From Candidatus Bathyarchaeia archaeon (GTDB lineage: Archaea; Thermoproteota; Bathyarchaeia; Bathyarchaeales; Bathycorpusculaceae): 64,000 nucleotides of DNA. Below are positions 38,678 through 48,299 of this stretch, piece after piece; position 1 is the first letter of the stretch; each line of letters opens with the position of its first letter. The DNA is taken from assembly GCA_049512935.1 (NCBI GenBank), contig JBEKWR010000004.1, positions 1 to 64,000 on the forward strand. Direction: 5' to 3'. The notes under the pieces were generated by a model. The model was given only the letters and a program-made list of their open reading frames with translations. It ran no database searches and was not told where the DNA came from. Made by a program: the position numbers and the translations under genes.

Positions 38678-39735
38678 TGGCTAACTTGCAAGTTGAATCG
38701 GCAAGGTTCACCGACACAGATTTAGCCAAATACCCTTTTCTCAGGGAAACTGGTGAACGAATAAAGCTGCTGGATTTAACGCTTGATACAATAGTGAGCC
38801 CTGAGAATTCTCGGATTTTAGAGCGGGCTGAAGACAGAGTAAAGAACGCGCTTCTGAACGTGACTGTTGGCAAGAAAACTAAAGATAACATAGAAATCCC
38901 TTCATTCCCAGTCGCGATCGTTCTGGTAATAGCGACAGAGAACTCGTTTATCAAAAAGAGGTATGCGCTGGCAGAGGCAAAGCAGGCGGCTTCAGATTTA
39001 TTGAATGAGCCTGAAGAAAAAATCGTGAAGATAGCGCAGGATTTTGGCTGGAAGATAGCTTTAACTCCAAAGGAAAACTTGGGTGTTGATTCGCCTTTTG
39101 AGTTTAGCGTTAGCTTCACTGATTACTTAAGAAACTCGGCGCATCTGCATGATAAAAAGTGGAAGCTGACGAACAGCATCCTCGCCCACGGGAGTGTTTA
39201 CCTAAACAAAAAAGACGTCGCGAGGCTGCTGCTGGAGGAGGTTCGCAGACGGGTAGAAAAAAGATTAGACGTTAAGCTTCAGAAGTGCCCGTCTGAGTTG
39301 GGCGTCGTAGCCGAAGGGTTGAAGAAACTTGCCTCTGAAGTGGTCGGGGAGATAGAAACCGAGGAGTTCCCGAAAACCGTCGTTCAAGGCGCTTATCCAC
39401 CCTGTATACAATCCCTTCTTGAAACAGCCAAGTCGAATCATCACCTGTCCCACATCGAACGGTTCACCCTTACCTCGTTTCTGGTTAACATCGGTATGTC
39501 CTCGGAAAACGTGAACGAATTATTCAAAACCTTCTCAGACTACAACGAACGGTTGACTCGTTACCAAATCGAGCATATCGCAGGCGAAAGAGGTTCTGCG
39601 ACACGTTACACTCCGCCTCAATGCTCCCTGTTGCAGACGCATAGTGTATGTAAGAACAGGGACGATTTGTGCCGCCGAGTTTATCACCCGCTTGCCTACT
39701 ATAAGCGCAAGCAAAGGCTTTCTTCATCGGCGTAA
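38677..39735 (+). CDS. priL: DNA primase large subunit
   Basis: DLAKYPFL, YPPCI, H.ERF.LTSFL, TRYQIEHIAG, YTPPQC, HPLAYY. Confidence 0.93.
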   Translation: MANLQVESARFTDTDLAKYPFLRETGERIKLLDLTLDTIVSPENSRILERAEDRVKNALLNVTVGKKTKDNIEIPSFPVAIVLVIATENSFIKKRYALAEAKQAASDLLNEPEEKIVKIAQDFGWKIALTPKENLGVDSPFEFSVSFTDYLRNSAHLHDKKWKLTNSILAHGSVYLNKKDVARLLLEEVRRRVEKRLDVKLQKCPSELGVVAEGLKKLASEVVGEIETEEFPKTVVQGAYPPCIQSLLETAKSNHHLSHIERFTLTSFLVNIGMSSENVNELFKTFSDYNERLTRYQIEHIAGERGSATRYTPPQCSLLQTHSVCKNRDDLCRRVYHPLAYYKRKQRLSSSA

Positions 39736-39788
39736 TTACTTAAGATTTATATGCGCATCTTAGATAGTAAAACAACCGTTAGAGTCGT

Positions 39789-40532
39789 ATGAACTATCAA
39801 TTAATTGGAAATACCGTTCTCGGATCAGAAGTTGGGGTAATCCTACCCACTTATGGTGAAGCCGAAAACATCTCCAAATTAATCGATGACATTGAGAGCC
39901 TAAACTTAAACAGCACAATCCTTGTCATCGACGATTCGAGCCCGGACAAAACAGCAGAACTTGTACAGAAGAAACAAGGTAAGTACGGCAACATCCTTCT
40001 CTGTATCAGACCTGAAAAAAGCGGTTTGGGAACCGCAATAACTGACGGCTTCAAGTTTTTCTTAAACTCAACTTTACCCCCAAAATACATTATCACCATG
40101 GACGCCGACTACTCACATAACCCGAAAGCCATCCCGCAACTCTTGTCAACAATGCACAAGACAAAATGTGGAATAGTAGTCGGCAGCAGGTACATCAAAG
40201 GCGGCAACATAATGAATTGGCCTTTCACCAGAAAAACGATCAGCCGGGTTGCTAACTCTTTCGCCAAGTTTTCCCTCGGGCTAAAACCTCAAGACTGCAC
40301 CAGCGGCTTCCGCTGCTACTCCACACAATTCCTGAGAGCAGCCATCGGCAACCTTCACAGTCACACCTACGAGATACAGATAGAAACCATAAGGCAAGCT
40401 CATTTGAGGAACTTTAACGTGAGGGAAACCCCGATTCTGTTCGTTAACCGAAAAAGAGGAAAATCAAAGTTAAGTTTGACCGAGATTCAAAGCTTTATAA
40501 CTTACACGTTAAAGGCAATTTCGCAGTCTTGA
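39789..40532 (+). CDS. Polyprenol-phosphate mannosyltransferase (DPM1-like GT2)
   Basis: ILPTY.E..NI, IDDSSPD.T, MDADYSHNP, DCTSGFR. Confidence 0.88.
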   Translation: MNYQLIGNTVLGSEVGVILPTYGEAENISKLIDDIESLNLNSTILVIDDSSPDKTAELVQKKQGKYGNILLCIRPEKSGLGTAITDGFKFFLNSTLPPKYIITMDADYSHNPKAIPQLLSTMHKTKCGIVVGSRYIKGGNIMNWPFTRKTISRVANSFAKFSLGLKPQDCTSGFRCYSTQFLRAAIGNLHSHTYEIQIETIRQAHLRNFNVRETPILFVNRKRGKSKLSLTEIQSFITYTLKAISQS

Positions 40533-40613
40533 CCTTCTTACAAACCTTGTTTTGCATTAACATATAATAGTACCTGTTTGGTAGCTTGTGCTAAATTAAG
40601 GATAGACCCTCTG

Positions 40614-42281
40614 ATGAAGCGCCCAAGCATCAAGATCCTTCTTTTTGTCGCTCTAGCAGCCCTTGTGCTAAGCATAGTCCTCGCCGCCGTCAGTTTATAT
40701 CCAGGGGGCAGCCAATCATACGCTTCGAAAAGCACCCTCACCTTAAGTCCAAACGAAACGTACACGGAGGGTTTGGGAGCCTTCCGCGGCGGAGAAAACA
40801 TCACCCTGTGGGTGCAGTCGCCGACCGCTTTTCAAAAGAATTTTTCAATTATGGTTCCAATAGTTGAATATGTTTTAACCCTCAGCAACACCACTTACTC
40901 AATCACCACGGACTCAAACATTACATACAGCTTCATCGCAACACCCAACTATTACGAAGCAGTCTTCGTCTCAAACTCACCCGCCCCTGGCATCATCAAC
41001 TTACGCATTTCCGTTCAAGAGCCAAACGTTGCCCTTCCATATTCTCGGCTAAACGACGCCTCAAAAATCCTGTTCTTCGCCAGTTTAGTTTCAGCAATGC
41101 TCTTAACGTTAAAGTCAGCCACTTCTAAAGTTAATTCCAGTAAGCTAAGCATGCCTTCGTTAAGCAAGAAAAACCGCCGAGTCCTACTAATCCTGCTGTT
41201 AATATCACTGGTTGTCTGGCTTACGATCGCAATCTTCAATTCAAACCCGCTTGCAACGTTTGAAAACTGGTACACCGACAATGCAAGAGACTCCTACGTT
41301 TCCAGCCTGTTTCTAAAGAACGGATTTTCAGTTTTCAGCCAACCCTTAGGCAAGCTTTCAAACCTTGACACTTCGCCCTACAAGTACGTGACTTGGCCAG
41401 AAATGCCGCAACTATACCCCTTAGGCAGCATCTTCTTGTTCTTGCCGTTTGGCGTTCTTCTACAAAACGGTTTCAACCCCACCCTAATTTACAAGATTGA
41501 GATAGTCATTTTCCTGCTTTTTGCAACCGTCGGCGTCTATTTTTTCCTAAAGTATTTGATGCAGAAAGACATGCCTCTGATTCTTCGGCTGTTCGGCGTC
41601 TACATTGTTTACGTTTCTTTGGTAGTTTACGCAGCTGACGGCATGTTCGATTCAGTTGCCTTCCTGTTCTCGCTGTTTGCCATATTCATGTTTCTCACTG
41701 AACGTTACGACTACTTCTTCTTGCTCGTTGCCATCTCGGTGTTTTTCAAGTATCAAGCAGGAATTTTCCTTTTCCCGCTCATCCTGGTCGGATTAATTAA
41801 GCTTTTTCAGGAGAACAAACCTCGCAGTTTAGCGACCAACAAAGCTGTGATCGGCGGCTTAATCTTCGGGTTTGCCAGCATCTCCACTGCTCTTCTGAGC
41901 GCACCTTACTTACTGGCTACAAGCTCGCAATTCATCATGAACGGCATCAACGCTTTCGCTACGAACACGGGAATCTCATGGTCGCTCCAGACCTTCTCAA
42001 TCCTGATGACGTTAACCGTAACCCTCGCCTACGCGATTTACATGTTAAACAAGAACAGCCTGCTTTCTTTGTCCGCGTTTTTCTTGCTTCTGCCAAGCTT
42101 CATGTTGCCCTACTTCCAGAACTGGTACATGCCCTTCATTTTCGTCTACGTGTTAATCCCTCAGAGGAAAAAAGAGTTGATCGCCACAACGCTATGGCTG
42201 ACCTTCTTAGTGGTAGTGCTCGCGGTGTCAGGGTCAAATTACCAGCCGATTCCTCTGATTCTCCAGTATCTTCATCTCTAA
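40614..42281 (+). CDS. Multi-TM protein, putative GT-C (lipid-linked sugar) glycosyltransferase
   Basis: More than 10 TM helices, WYTD loop, YPLG, G.FD and KY motifs reminiscent of GT87/PMT-like enzymes; adjacent to the DPM synthase. Confidence 0.55.
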   Translation: MKRPSIKILLFVALAALVLSIVLAAVSLYPGGSQSYASKSTLTLSPNETYTEGLGAFRGGENITLWVQSPTAFQKNFSIMVPIVEYVLTLSNTTYSITTDSNITYSFIATPNYYEAVFVSNSPAPGIINLRISVQEPNVALPYSRLNDASKILFFASLVSAMLLTLKSATSKVNSSKLSMPSLSKKNRRVLLILLLISLVVWLTIAIFNSNPLATFENWYTDNARDSYVSSLFLKNGFSVFSQPLGKLSNLDTSPYKYVTWPEMPQLYPLGSIFLFLPFGVLLQNGFNPTLIYKIEIVIFLLFATVGVYFFLKYLMQKDMPLILRLFGVYIVYVSLVVYAADGMFDSVAFLFSLFAIFMFLTERYDYFFLLVAISVFFKYQAGIFLFPLILVGLIKLFQENKPRSLATNKAVIGGLIFGFASISTALLSAPYLLATSSQFIMNGINAFATNTGISWSLQTFSILMTLTVTLAYAIYMLNKNSLLSLSAFFLLLPSFMLPYFQNWYMPFIFVYVLIPQRKKELIATTLWLTFLVVVLAVSGSNYQPIPLILQYLHL

Positions 42282-42411
42282 TCTCCGCTTGCTCGACTGC
42301 AGGTTAATCTTCATCTCGAAACCGTGAGCAAACGGCTTTTCGCATCGGTATATTGATAAATTTGTGAAGGCTATTCAGTATGTCAATAGGCAGAAGGGGA
42401 ACTGAGGGGAC

Positions 42412-43635
42412 TTGGAGGCTTCTAGAGACTTCGTTTACCAAAAATTCTGTGACTACTACCGAGACCCCTTAACCGTGATTCCCGCGCCGATCTTTCTTGA
42501 CCAAAGAGAGTTTGGCTACCTCACTTTCAAGGAGCGCTTCATGGTTAGGCACAAAGCCTTCTCGGGAATCGCCAATTTACGGGCAGCTCTTAACAACACC
42601 GTCCCGTCAGACGTTTACCATTCCTGCGCTTACTATGAAAACCCAGATTTCGACATGGACAAAAAAGGCTGGTTAGGCGCAGACTTGGTCTTCGACATCG
42701 ACGCCGACCACATTCCAAGTAGCTGCAACAAAATCCACGACGAATTCACCTGCGCCAAATGCGGCTTCAGCGGCAGAGGCTTAACCCCTGAGGTTTGCCC
42801 CGCTTGCGAAGGAACAAAATTCTCGACCAAAACCTGGCCGTGCGAGCTCTGCATACAAGCAGCCAGAGAAGAGGCTGCCAAACTGATTGATATGCTGAGC
42901 AACGATTTTGGTTTTTCTTTAGATGAGCTGCACGTGTTTTTTTCTGGGCACAGGGGATACCACGTGCACGTTGAGGACGAAGCCGTACGCTCACTGGACG
43001 CCATGGCAAGGAAGGAAATCGTTGACTACGTCACAGGATTAGGCATATCGGTGCTGGATAAGGATGCCAGGGAGAAACGTGGAAGGAAGATCCCTAAAAA
43101 ATTCAACCTGCACAATTTCGGTTGGAACAAGCGGCTAAAACTGGGAATGCAAGATTTTGTCCAAAACGCGTCCAAAGAAGACCTGAAAAGCATCGGCTTG
43201 AAGAACACCGCGGTTGTCAAAAACAGGGCGGATTTCGTGAGTCGTTGCATTAGTGAGGGCCGCTGGGAAAGCGTCAGCGGCATAAGCGTTCAAACATGGC
43301 TGAAACTCGCTGAGCACGTGAGAGACGTGCAGTCGGCAAAAATCGACACGGTCGTAACTACGGATGTGCACCGTTTAATTCGGATGAACGGGACCCTGCA
43401 TGGCAAAACAGGATTAAAAAAAGTCGAGTTCCCCGCCAAGAACCTTATGGATTTTGACCCGTTCACTGGAGCGGTAGCTTTTAAAAAGGGGGAAGTAAAA
43501 GTGTTGGTCTCTGACGCGCCCGAGTTCAAGATGGGCGGGGAAACGCTGGGTCCATACAAGAACGAGGTTAAAGAGTTGCCTTCGGCGGCGGCAATTATGC
43601 TAATATGCAAGGGAAGGGCTAAGGTGGCAAACTAA
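42412..43635 (+). CDS. priS: DNA primase small (catalytic) subunit
   Basis: REFG, GADLVFDIDADH, FSGHRGYHVH, IDTVVTTDVHRLIR...LHGKTG. Confidence 0.95.
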   Translation: MEASRDFVYQKFCDYYRDPLTVIPAPIFLDQREFGYLTFKERFMVRHKAFSGIANLRAALNNTVPSDVYHSCAYYENPDFDMDKKGWLGADLVFDIDADHIPSSCNKIHDEFTCAKCGFSGRGLTPEVCPACEGTKFSTKTWPCELCIQAAREEAAKLIDMLSNDFGFSLDELHVFFSGHRGYHVHVEDEAVRSLDAMARKEIVDYVTGLGISVLDKDAREKRGRKIPKKFNLHNFGWNKRLKLGMQDFVQNASKEDLKSIGLKNTAVVKNRADFVSRCISEGRWESVSGISVQTWLKLAEHVRDVQSAKIDTVVTTDVHRLIRMNGTLHGKTGLKKVEFPAKNLMDFDPFTGAVAFKKGEVKVLVSDAPEFKMGGETLGPYKNEVKELPSAAAIMLICKGRAKVAN

Positions 43636-44243
43636 TGTACACTGAACTTTACACGGCATGGCGAAGAGAAGTTGAAGAGGCTCAACTGGGCAGGTTACCG
43701 CCTGACTTCTACACTCGAATAGCGGATTACCTAAAGCGCTTAAGAGAAGAAAATCGTTTGCCCGACAAAAAATCCGTTAAGGTAAGTCTCCTTGACCGTG
43801 AAGCCAATAATGTGACCTTGATGCTTGAGGAACTGCTCTTGGCAAGATACAGAAAACTGCTTGAAACAATCAGCCAGAACCAAACGTTGCCGTCTGAACT
43901 TTTAACGGTTGAAGAAGCCAAAATGTGCGAAAGCTTTCTGTCTTTCGCGGGCGCTTATCAAAAGTTCACAAGAGACCTTCTTCAAGGACAGATTAGCCAG
44001 ACTATACCGCAAACCACACCTCAGACCTCGCAACAAATTCCGCCGCAAACCGCGGTTAAAGTCGAAGCTGAAGCGGATCACAAGCGTGTTGCTTTAAGAT
44101 TCACTAAAAGCATTCCCGCGATCATTGGTGCAGACATGAAGTCTTACGGTCCCTTTAAGGTTGAGGACGTTGCTTCTCTGCCTGCTGAAAACGCGAAGAT
44201 TCTGGTCAAGCAGGGCTTAGCGGTGCAGGTTGCGGTTTCTTAA
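43635..44243 (+). CDS. GINS subunit (Gins15/Gins51 type)
   Basis: LPPDFY..IADY, R.RK, LT.EE, IIGADMKSYGPF..EDVASLP..NA..LV; conserved position after priS. Confidence 0.85.
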   Translation: MYTELYTAWRREVEEAQLGRLPPDFYTRIADYLKRLREENRLPDKKSVKVSLLDREANNVTLMLEELLLARYRKLLETISQNQTLPSELLTVEEAKMCESFLSFAGAYQKFTRDLLQGQISQTIPQTTPQTSQQIPPQTAVKVEAEADHKRVALRFTKSIPAIIGADMKSYGPFKVEDVASLPAENAKILVKQGLAVQVAVS

Positions 44244-45279
44244 GAGTGTCATCTTTGGCTGTTTTCCCATTTTTTCTTCTGCGCCACAAGGCTTGAACGG
44301 CAAAGATGATGAGCGGGTAAGACACGATCCACGTTATCGCGTAGAGCGGACCGTAATAGTAATGGAAATTGTCAACTTGGATTGAGTTCACGCCGTACTG
44401 CATGCCAATCTGGAAGATGGTGACTATCCTAAGCACGTTTATGAAGTAGGTGACAACCGCGCCGAAAACGAAGTACCCAGTTTTAGCCTTCCAAGAGATG
44501 TGCATCTGCTGCAGAAACAGCAATACAACCGCCGTGTAAATCAAAAAGCTTTCAATTCCAGCGCAGGGCCAAGCTATCGAAAACTTCGCCGTTCCCAAAG
44601 GTCCAGTCGCCTGCAGGGTCGGCATCCCGTTAACTGTCGTCATAGAAGTCGCATAGCCGAGCCAGTTCAAGGTTTTAGCAGCAAGAGTAGCCGTTGTCGG
44701 AACCAAAATCTGGAACGGCGTAAACTCACCGTTAGGAAACACGTTGTCGATGGTGTATATGATTCCCACTAACCCGACAAACAACCCGGGCAAAGCGAAA
44801 CCTGCGAGACCCTTTTTCCCGAAGAACAAGAGAACGGTGAAGCAGAAAAGAACCGAGAAGACAAGGTACTCGATCGACAGCGGCATGGAGTTGTAGAATG
44901 CAACGCCGTTCTGCAGAGACCAGTTTGCAATGGCGCCGTTTAACCCGAGGTAATACTCGGCTATCACGTACAGCGTGGGAAGCAGCAGGGCAACCGTGAC
45001 GGCGGCAAGCTTCGCCTTGCTTTGTCTGCTTATCTTTGTCTTGAAGATTTCCCAACTGAGAATAAACTCGAGCGTTATCAGCCAGATGAAGAAAAGCTGG
45101 AAGGTTCTGCCCTTCCACATCAGCTGGAATGACGCTTGCGGGCTGACCTGAAGGTACGGGTCGGCGGGGTTCAGCAGATACAGCAAAACCAGCGGGACAG
45201 CGAAGGCAATCAACGGCAGAATCTTAACGATAACATCAAAGTCCACATATCGCTTAATCCCTGAAGCAACACTTGACAT
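44206..45279 (-). CDS. Exosortase/archaeosortase-family protein (thaumarchaeosortase-like)
   Basis: Multi-TM, with the putative catalytic triad in WPCAGIES, N.LRI and FH, plus WKGRTF. Confidence 0.85.
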   Translation of the reverse strand: MSSVASGIKRYVDFDVIVKILPLIAFAVPLVLLYLLNPADPYLQVSPQASFQLMWKGRTFQLFFIWLITLEFILSWEIFKTKISRQSKAKLAAVTVALLLPTLYVIAEYYLGLNGAIANWSLQNGVAFYNSMPLSIEYLVFSVLFCFTVLLFFGKKGLAGFALPGLFVGLVGIIYTIDNVFPNGEFTPFQILVPTTATLAAKTLNWLGYATSMTTVNGMPTLQATGPLGTAKFSIAWPCAGIESFLIYTAVVLLFLQQMHISWKAKTGYFVFGAVVTYFINVLRIVTIFQIGMQYGVNSIQVDNFHYYYGPLYAITWIVSYPLIIFAVQALWRRRKNGKTAKDDTLKKPQPAPLSPA

Positions 45280-45400
45280 GAATGTTCAATACCCGTTTAA
45301 CTTGACAAGATAAACTACGCTCTCTAAAAAAGCATACGTAATCTAATAAATAAGATAATTCGAACTTAAAGAGAGCAGAATTCACCATTTTAACAAAACA

Positions 45401-45449
45401 GGTGCTTGGGAAGGGATTCGAACCCCCGCGAATGCAAGATCGTCCATTG
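45401..45449 (-). repeat. Degenerate tRNA-Ser 3'-half remnant
   Basis: GGTGCTTGGGAAGGGATTCGAACCCCCGCGA resembles GGCGCCGGGGAAGGGATTTGAACCTCTTGCGA at 46287. Confidence 0.6.
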
Positions 45450-45534
45450 CAATACTTGTCTAGCAGAATTACTCCTTGGGTTTTGAGCAAACTTGATAAG
45501 TGAACTATGCCTTTTCTCATTTGGAGGGGCTATA

Positions 45535-45831
45535 ATGCAGACCGAGAGAGGACTCGACCAAAAAAGCAGGGAACTAAATACGAAACCTTATGAAGAAACC
45601 AAATTCTTGCGTAACAAAAGATTTTTCGATGGAATCAAGACTGAGCTCCTCAAGTCTTCAAGGTACTGCGGCAAGTTCATTGCAGTTTATGACGGCAAAA
45701 TAGTTGGCTATGACGAAAACAGGGTTAAACTTGCCATAAAGGTGTATGACAAGTTAGGGTATGTTCCCGTTTATATCGGTAAGGTGGACAGTGGAAAAGA
45801 AACTGTTGAGTTGCCGTCACCTGAGGCATAA
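45535..45831 (+). CDS. DUF5678-like small protein
   Basis: Y.GKFIAVYDGKIVG.D...LA..VY.K.G. Confidence 0.75.
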   Translation: MQTERGLDQKSRELNTKPYEETKFLRNKRFFDGIKTELLKSSRYCGKFIAVYDGKIVGYDENRVKLAIKVYDKLGYVPVYIGKVDSGKETVELPSPEA

Positions 45832-45837
45832 AAGGAA

Positions 45838-46213
45838 ATGAAACCTTACGACGCCACCTATGACCCACCTGCAGTAGTCTTGGATATAACAGTCGTAAAT
45901 CCTTTCGTCAAAGGTCAGCCCAGCATTAGCGGCAGAGGAGTTGTTGATTCGGGCGCTTTCAAATCGGTCATTCCCCAAACGCTGGCAAGCCAAATAGGGC
46001 TTCTTCCAATCACAGAGATAACCACCAAAGGCTATAATGGCAGGTGGCAGAAACAGCCTGCTTCGATAGCAACCATTGTTTTAGACGGGCACGTTTTCGA
46101 GTATGCCGAGGTTCTCTTGGTAAAGAGGGATACAGCGTTTAATTGGTCGCGATATCTTAAATCAGCTTAAACTTACGCTTGATGGACCAAAGCTGGAATT
46201 TGAAGTATTCTGA
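45838..46213 (+). pseudogene. Retropepsin-like aspartyl protease with a +1 frameshift near 46140
   Basis: Catalytic motif VVDSGA. The C-terminal LIGRDILNQLKLTLDGP motif lies in another frame after GCGTTTAATT. Confidence 0.75.
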
Positions 46214-46285
46214 GCGCAAACTTTGCCGTTTCAGTCTTTGCCGCCCGACTTCTAGTTGACGAGTTTGACAATAAATTTTAAGTTT

Positions 46286-46410
46286 TGGCGCCGGGGAAGG
46301 GATTTGAACCTCTTGCGAGCACATGATCTATTGGCTGGCTTGCCTTTTGGCTTTAGCCCTCTTTGCTTTTTGAATTTCAAGTCAGCGCGTTAACCACTCC
46401 GCCCGACGGC
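46286..46410 (-). pseudogene. Degenerate intron-containing tRNA-Ser(TGA)
   Basis: Minus strand reads GCCG..GGAGTGGTTAACGCG CTGAC TTGAAA [~39-nt insert] ...GGTTCAAATCCCTTCCCCGGCGCCA. The acceptor and anticodon stems are damaged. Confidence 0.6.
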
Positions 46411-46534
46411 GTTTCGTAAGATCAATGCATCAACAGCAAATTTCTAACTCAAAGCAGCCCTCATCCGAAAAATCGCAGCCGCGCTTCTAAAATCCGAAAT
46501 TCACGCAAAACCTAAACAGCCTTGAAACCTAACC

Positions 46535-46716
46535 CGCCCATAACCGACAATAACGTCAACATACGCTCAACATGGAAAGTCGCATTCCGCCCATCCGAAA
46601 GTCGCAATGTTCTTACAGAAGCCAAGCCTAAACCCAAAAAGCAACATGAAAAGCAACCTGCCACCCGCGAAAGTCGCAACTTTCACCAAGGCAAAAGTCG
46701 CAACTTAAAAAAATAT
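46535..46716 (+). repeat. Dispersed intergenic repeat, copy E (core flanked by four AAAGTCGCA boxes)
   Basis: Boxes at 46576, 46598, 46670 and 46694; colinear with the reverse complement of 59749-59928. Confidence 0.85.
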
Positions 46717-46824
46717 AGAACACCGCAAAAAGCCATTTTTCGAAAAAAACCATGATTTTCAGCCAGTAGGCGAAAAAGTATAAGAATGCGTATGTTCCTT
46801 CTATGCAAAGCTGGTAGTGAAAAA

Positions 46825-47100
46825 GTGAACGTTCCTAAAGAAGTAAAGACTTACTGCCCAAAATGCAAAACTCATCAAATTCACAGCGTAACGCTTTACA
46901 AACCTGGAAAACGTAGAGCACTGGCTCACGGAGAACGAGCCCACGCAAGAGAAAAAGAGGGATACGGCGGACAAAAATATGCGTTGCAACGAGAATTCGC
47001 GAAAACAACCAAGAAGCAAACCCTGCGCCTCAAATGCAAGGTCTGCAATTACATGAGGCACAAAGACGGCATCCGCCTAAGAAAATTAAACATACAGTAG
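46825..47100 (+). CDS. rpl44e: 50S ribosomal protein L44e
   Basis: PK...TYCPKC..H..H, GYGGQK, AKTTKK..L.L.C..C; start GTG 46825. Confidence 0.95.
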   Translation: MNVPKEVKTYCPKCKTHQIHSVTLYKPGKRRALAHGERAHAREKEGYGGQKYALQREFAKTTKKQTLRLKCKVCNYMRHKDGIRLRKLNIQ

Positions 47101-47118
47101 TTGTGGAGAGAAAAAGTC

Positions 47119-47316
47119 ATGTCTGAATGGAGTAAACTTATCCCGAAGCCAAAAAGCGTCTTCCTAAGAGTCAAATGCTCAAAGTGCGGCAACGAGCAAT
47201 TAATCTTCAGCAACGCCGTCAACAAGATAACGTGCAACGTGTGCGGAGAAGTGCTCGCGGAACCGTCGGGCGGAAGAGCCAAGATAAACGGGGAAGTACA
47301 AGCAGTTCTCGAGTAG
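47119..47316 (+). CDS. rps27e: 30S ribosomal protein S27e
   Basis: PKS.FLRVKC..CGNEQ.IF...C.VCG..LAEP.GG.A. Confidence 0.95.
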   Translation: MSEWSKLIPKPKSVFLRVKCSKCGNEQLIFSNAVNKITCNVCGEVLAEPSGGRAKINGEVQAVLE

Positions 47317-47330
47317 GGATGACTAAATGA

Positions 47331-48116
47331 ATGGCTGAGCGTAAGCTCGAATGGCCTGAAGCCGGCGACTTGGTCATCGCCACCGTCGAAACCGTGACGG
47401 ACTACGGCGCTTACGCTAAACTTGACGAGTACGACAAACGCGGGTTGTTGCACGTCTCAGAAATCTCATCCTCTTGGATAAGAAACATCCGCGACTTCGT
47501 GCGTGAAGGACAAAAAGCCGTTCTTAAAGTTTTACGGGTAGACCTCGAAAAAGGACACATCGACTTATCGCTTAGGCGGGTCACCAAAAGGGAAAGAATC
47601 GAGAAGGTTCTTTCATGGAAAAAGGAAAGAAAAGCCGAAGCCCTGCTTCGCGGCGTCGCAGAAAAAACAGGGTTAACCGCCGAAGAAACCTACAAGAAAG
47701 CGGGCAGAATCGTCGAGGACAAGTACGGCTTGTACGAAGGCTTCGAGAAAGCAGCGATTGAAGGTCCAGACGCCTTAACTGAAATCGGCGTGGAGGAGAA
47801 CCTCGCCAAAGCCTTCGTTGAGGTCGCTCAGGAACGCATCCACGTTAAGATGGTTAAGGTCCGAGGAGTGCTTGAAATCCGCTGCACGAAACCCAACGGC
47901 GTAAAAATAATCAAAGAATCATTCGACAAGGCAAAGTCAGAGAAGCTTAAGGATGCAGCCGTGACGTTCTACGTTATGGCAGCGCCCAAGTATAGCGTCG
48001 AGGCAGCGGCGGAAAACTACAAGCGGGCTGAAGACGTCCTTCAGAAGGTAGCTCAAAACGTAGTGACAAACATCACAAAAGCCGGCGGAAAAGGCTCTTT
48101 CAGAAGGGAAAAATGA
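47331..48116 (+). CDS. eif2a: Translation initiation factor 2 alpha subunit
   Basis: S1 domain GLLHVSEISSSWIRNIRD, HIDLSLRRV, APKY. Confidence 0.95.
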   Translation: MAERKLEWPEAGDLVIATVETVTDYGAYAKLDEYDKRGLLHVSEISSSWIRNIRDFVREGQKAVLKVLRVDLEKGHIDLSLRRVTKRERIEKVLSWKKERKAEALLRGVAEKTGLTAEETYKKAGRIVEDKYGLYEGFEKAAIEGPDALTEIGVEENLAKAFVEVAQERIHVKMVKVRGVLEIRCTKPNGVKIIKESFDKAKSEKLKDAAVTFYVMAAPKYSVEAAAENYKRAEDVLQKVAQNVVTNITKAGGKGSFRREK

Positions 48117-48299
48117 TTGGTTTGGCAACTGCGTAAATGCGTAAACTGCAACAAGTACACCCTGAAAAAGGACAACTGCCCCTACTGCGGCGGCCCAGTC
48201 AGGATTCCGCACCCGCCAAAATTCTCCCCAGACGACAAGTATCTTAAGTACCGTATGGCAATGAAAAGGAGTAGCGAAAATGAAAGAAACTTACCTTAA
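48117..48299 (+). CDS. nop10: H/ACA RNP protein Nop10
   Basis: C..C.KYTLK..CP.CG....PHPPKFSPDDKY..YR. Confidence 0.93.
   Translation: MVWQLRKCVNCNKYTLKKDNCPYCGGPVRIPHPPKFSPDDKYLKYRMAMKRSSENERNLP

Noticed and set aside
43985-44055. Gln/Thr/Pro repeat (QTIPQTTPQTSQQIPPQT) in Gins15
   Set aside because: An ordinary low-complexity linker between the GINS A and B domains.
46535-46716. Repeat E/F as a replication origin (ORB elements), given the nearby mcm/gins/rfc genes
   Set aside because: The boxes do not resemble ORB consensus (TCCA..GAAA plus G-string), there is no cdc6/orc1 nearby, and the element shares its core with dispersed repeats.
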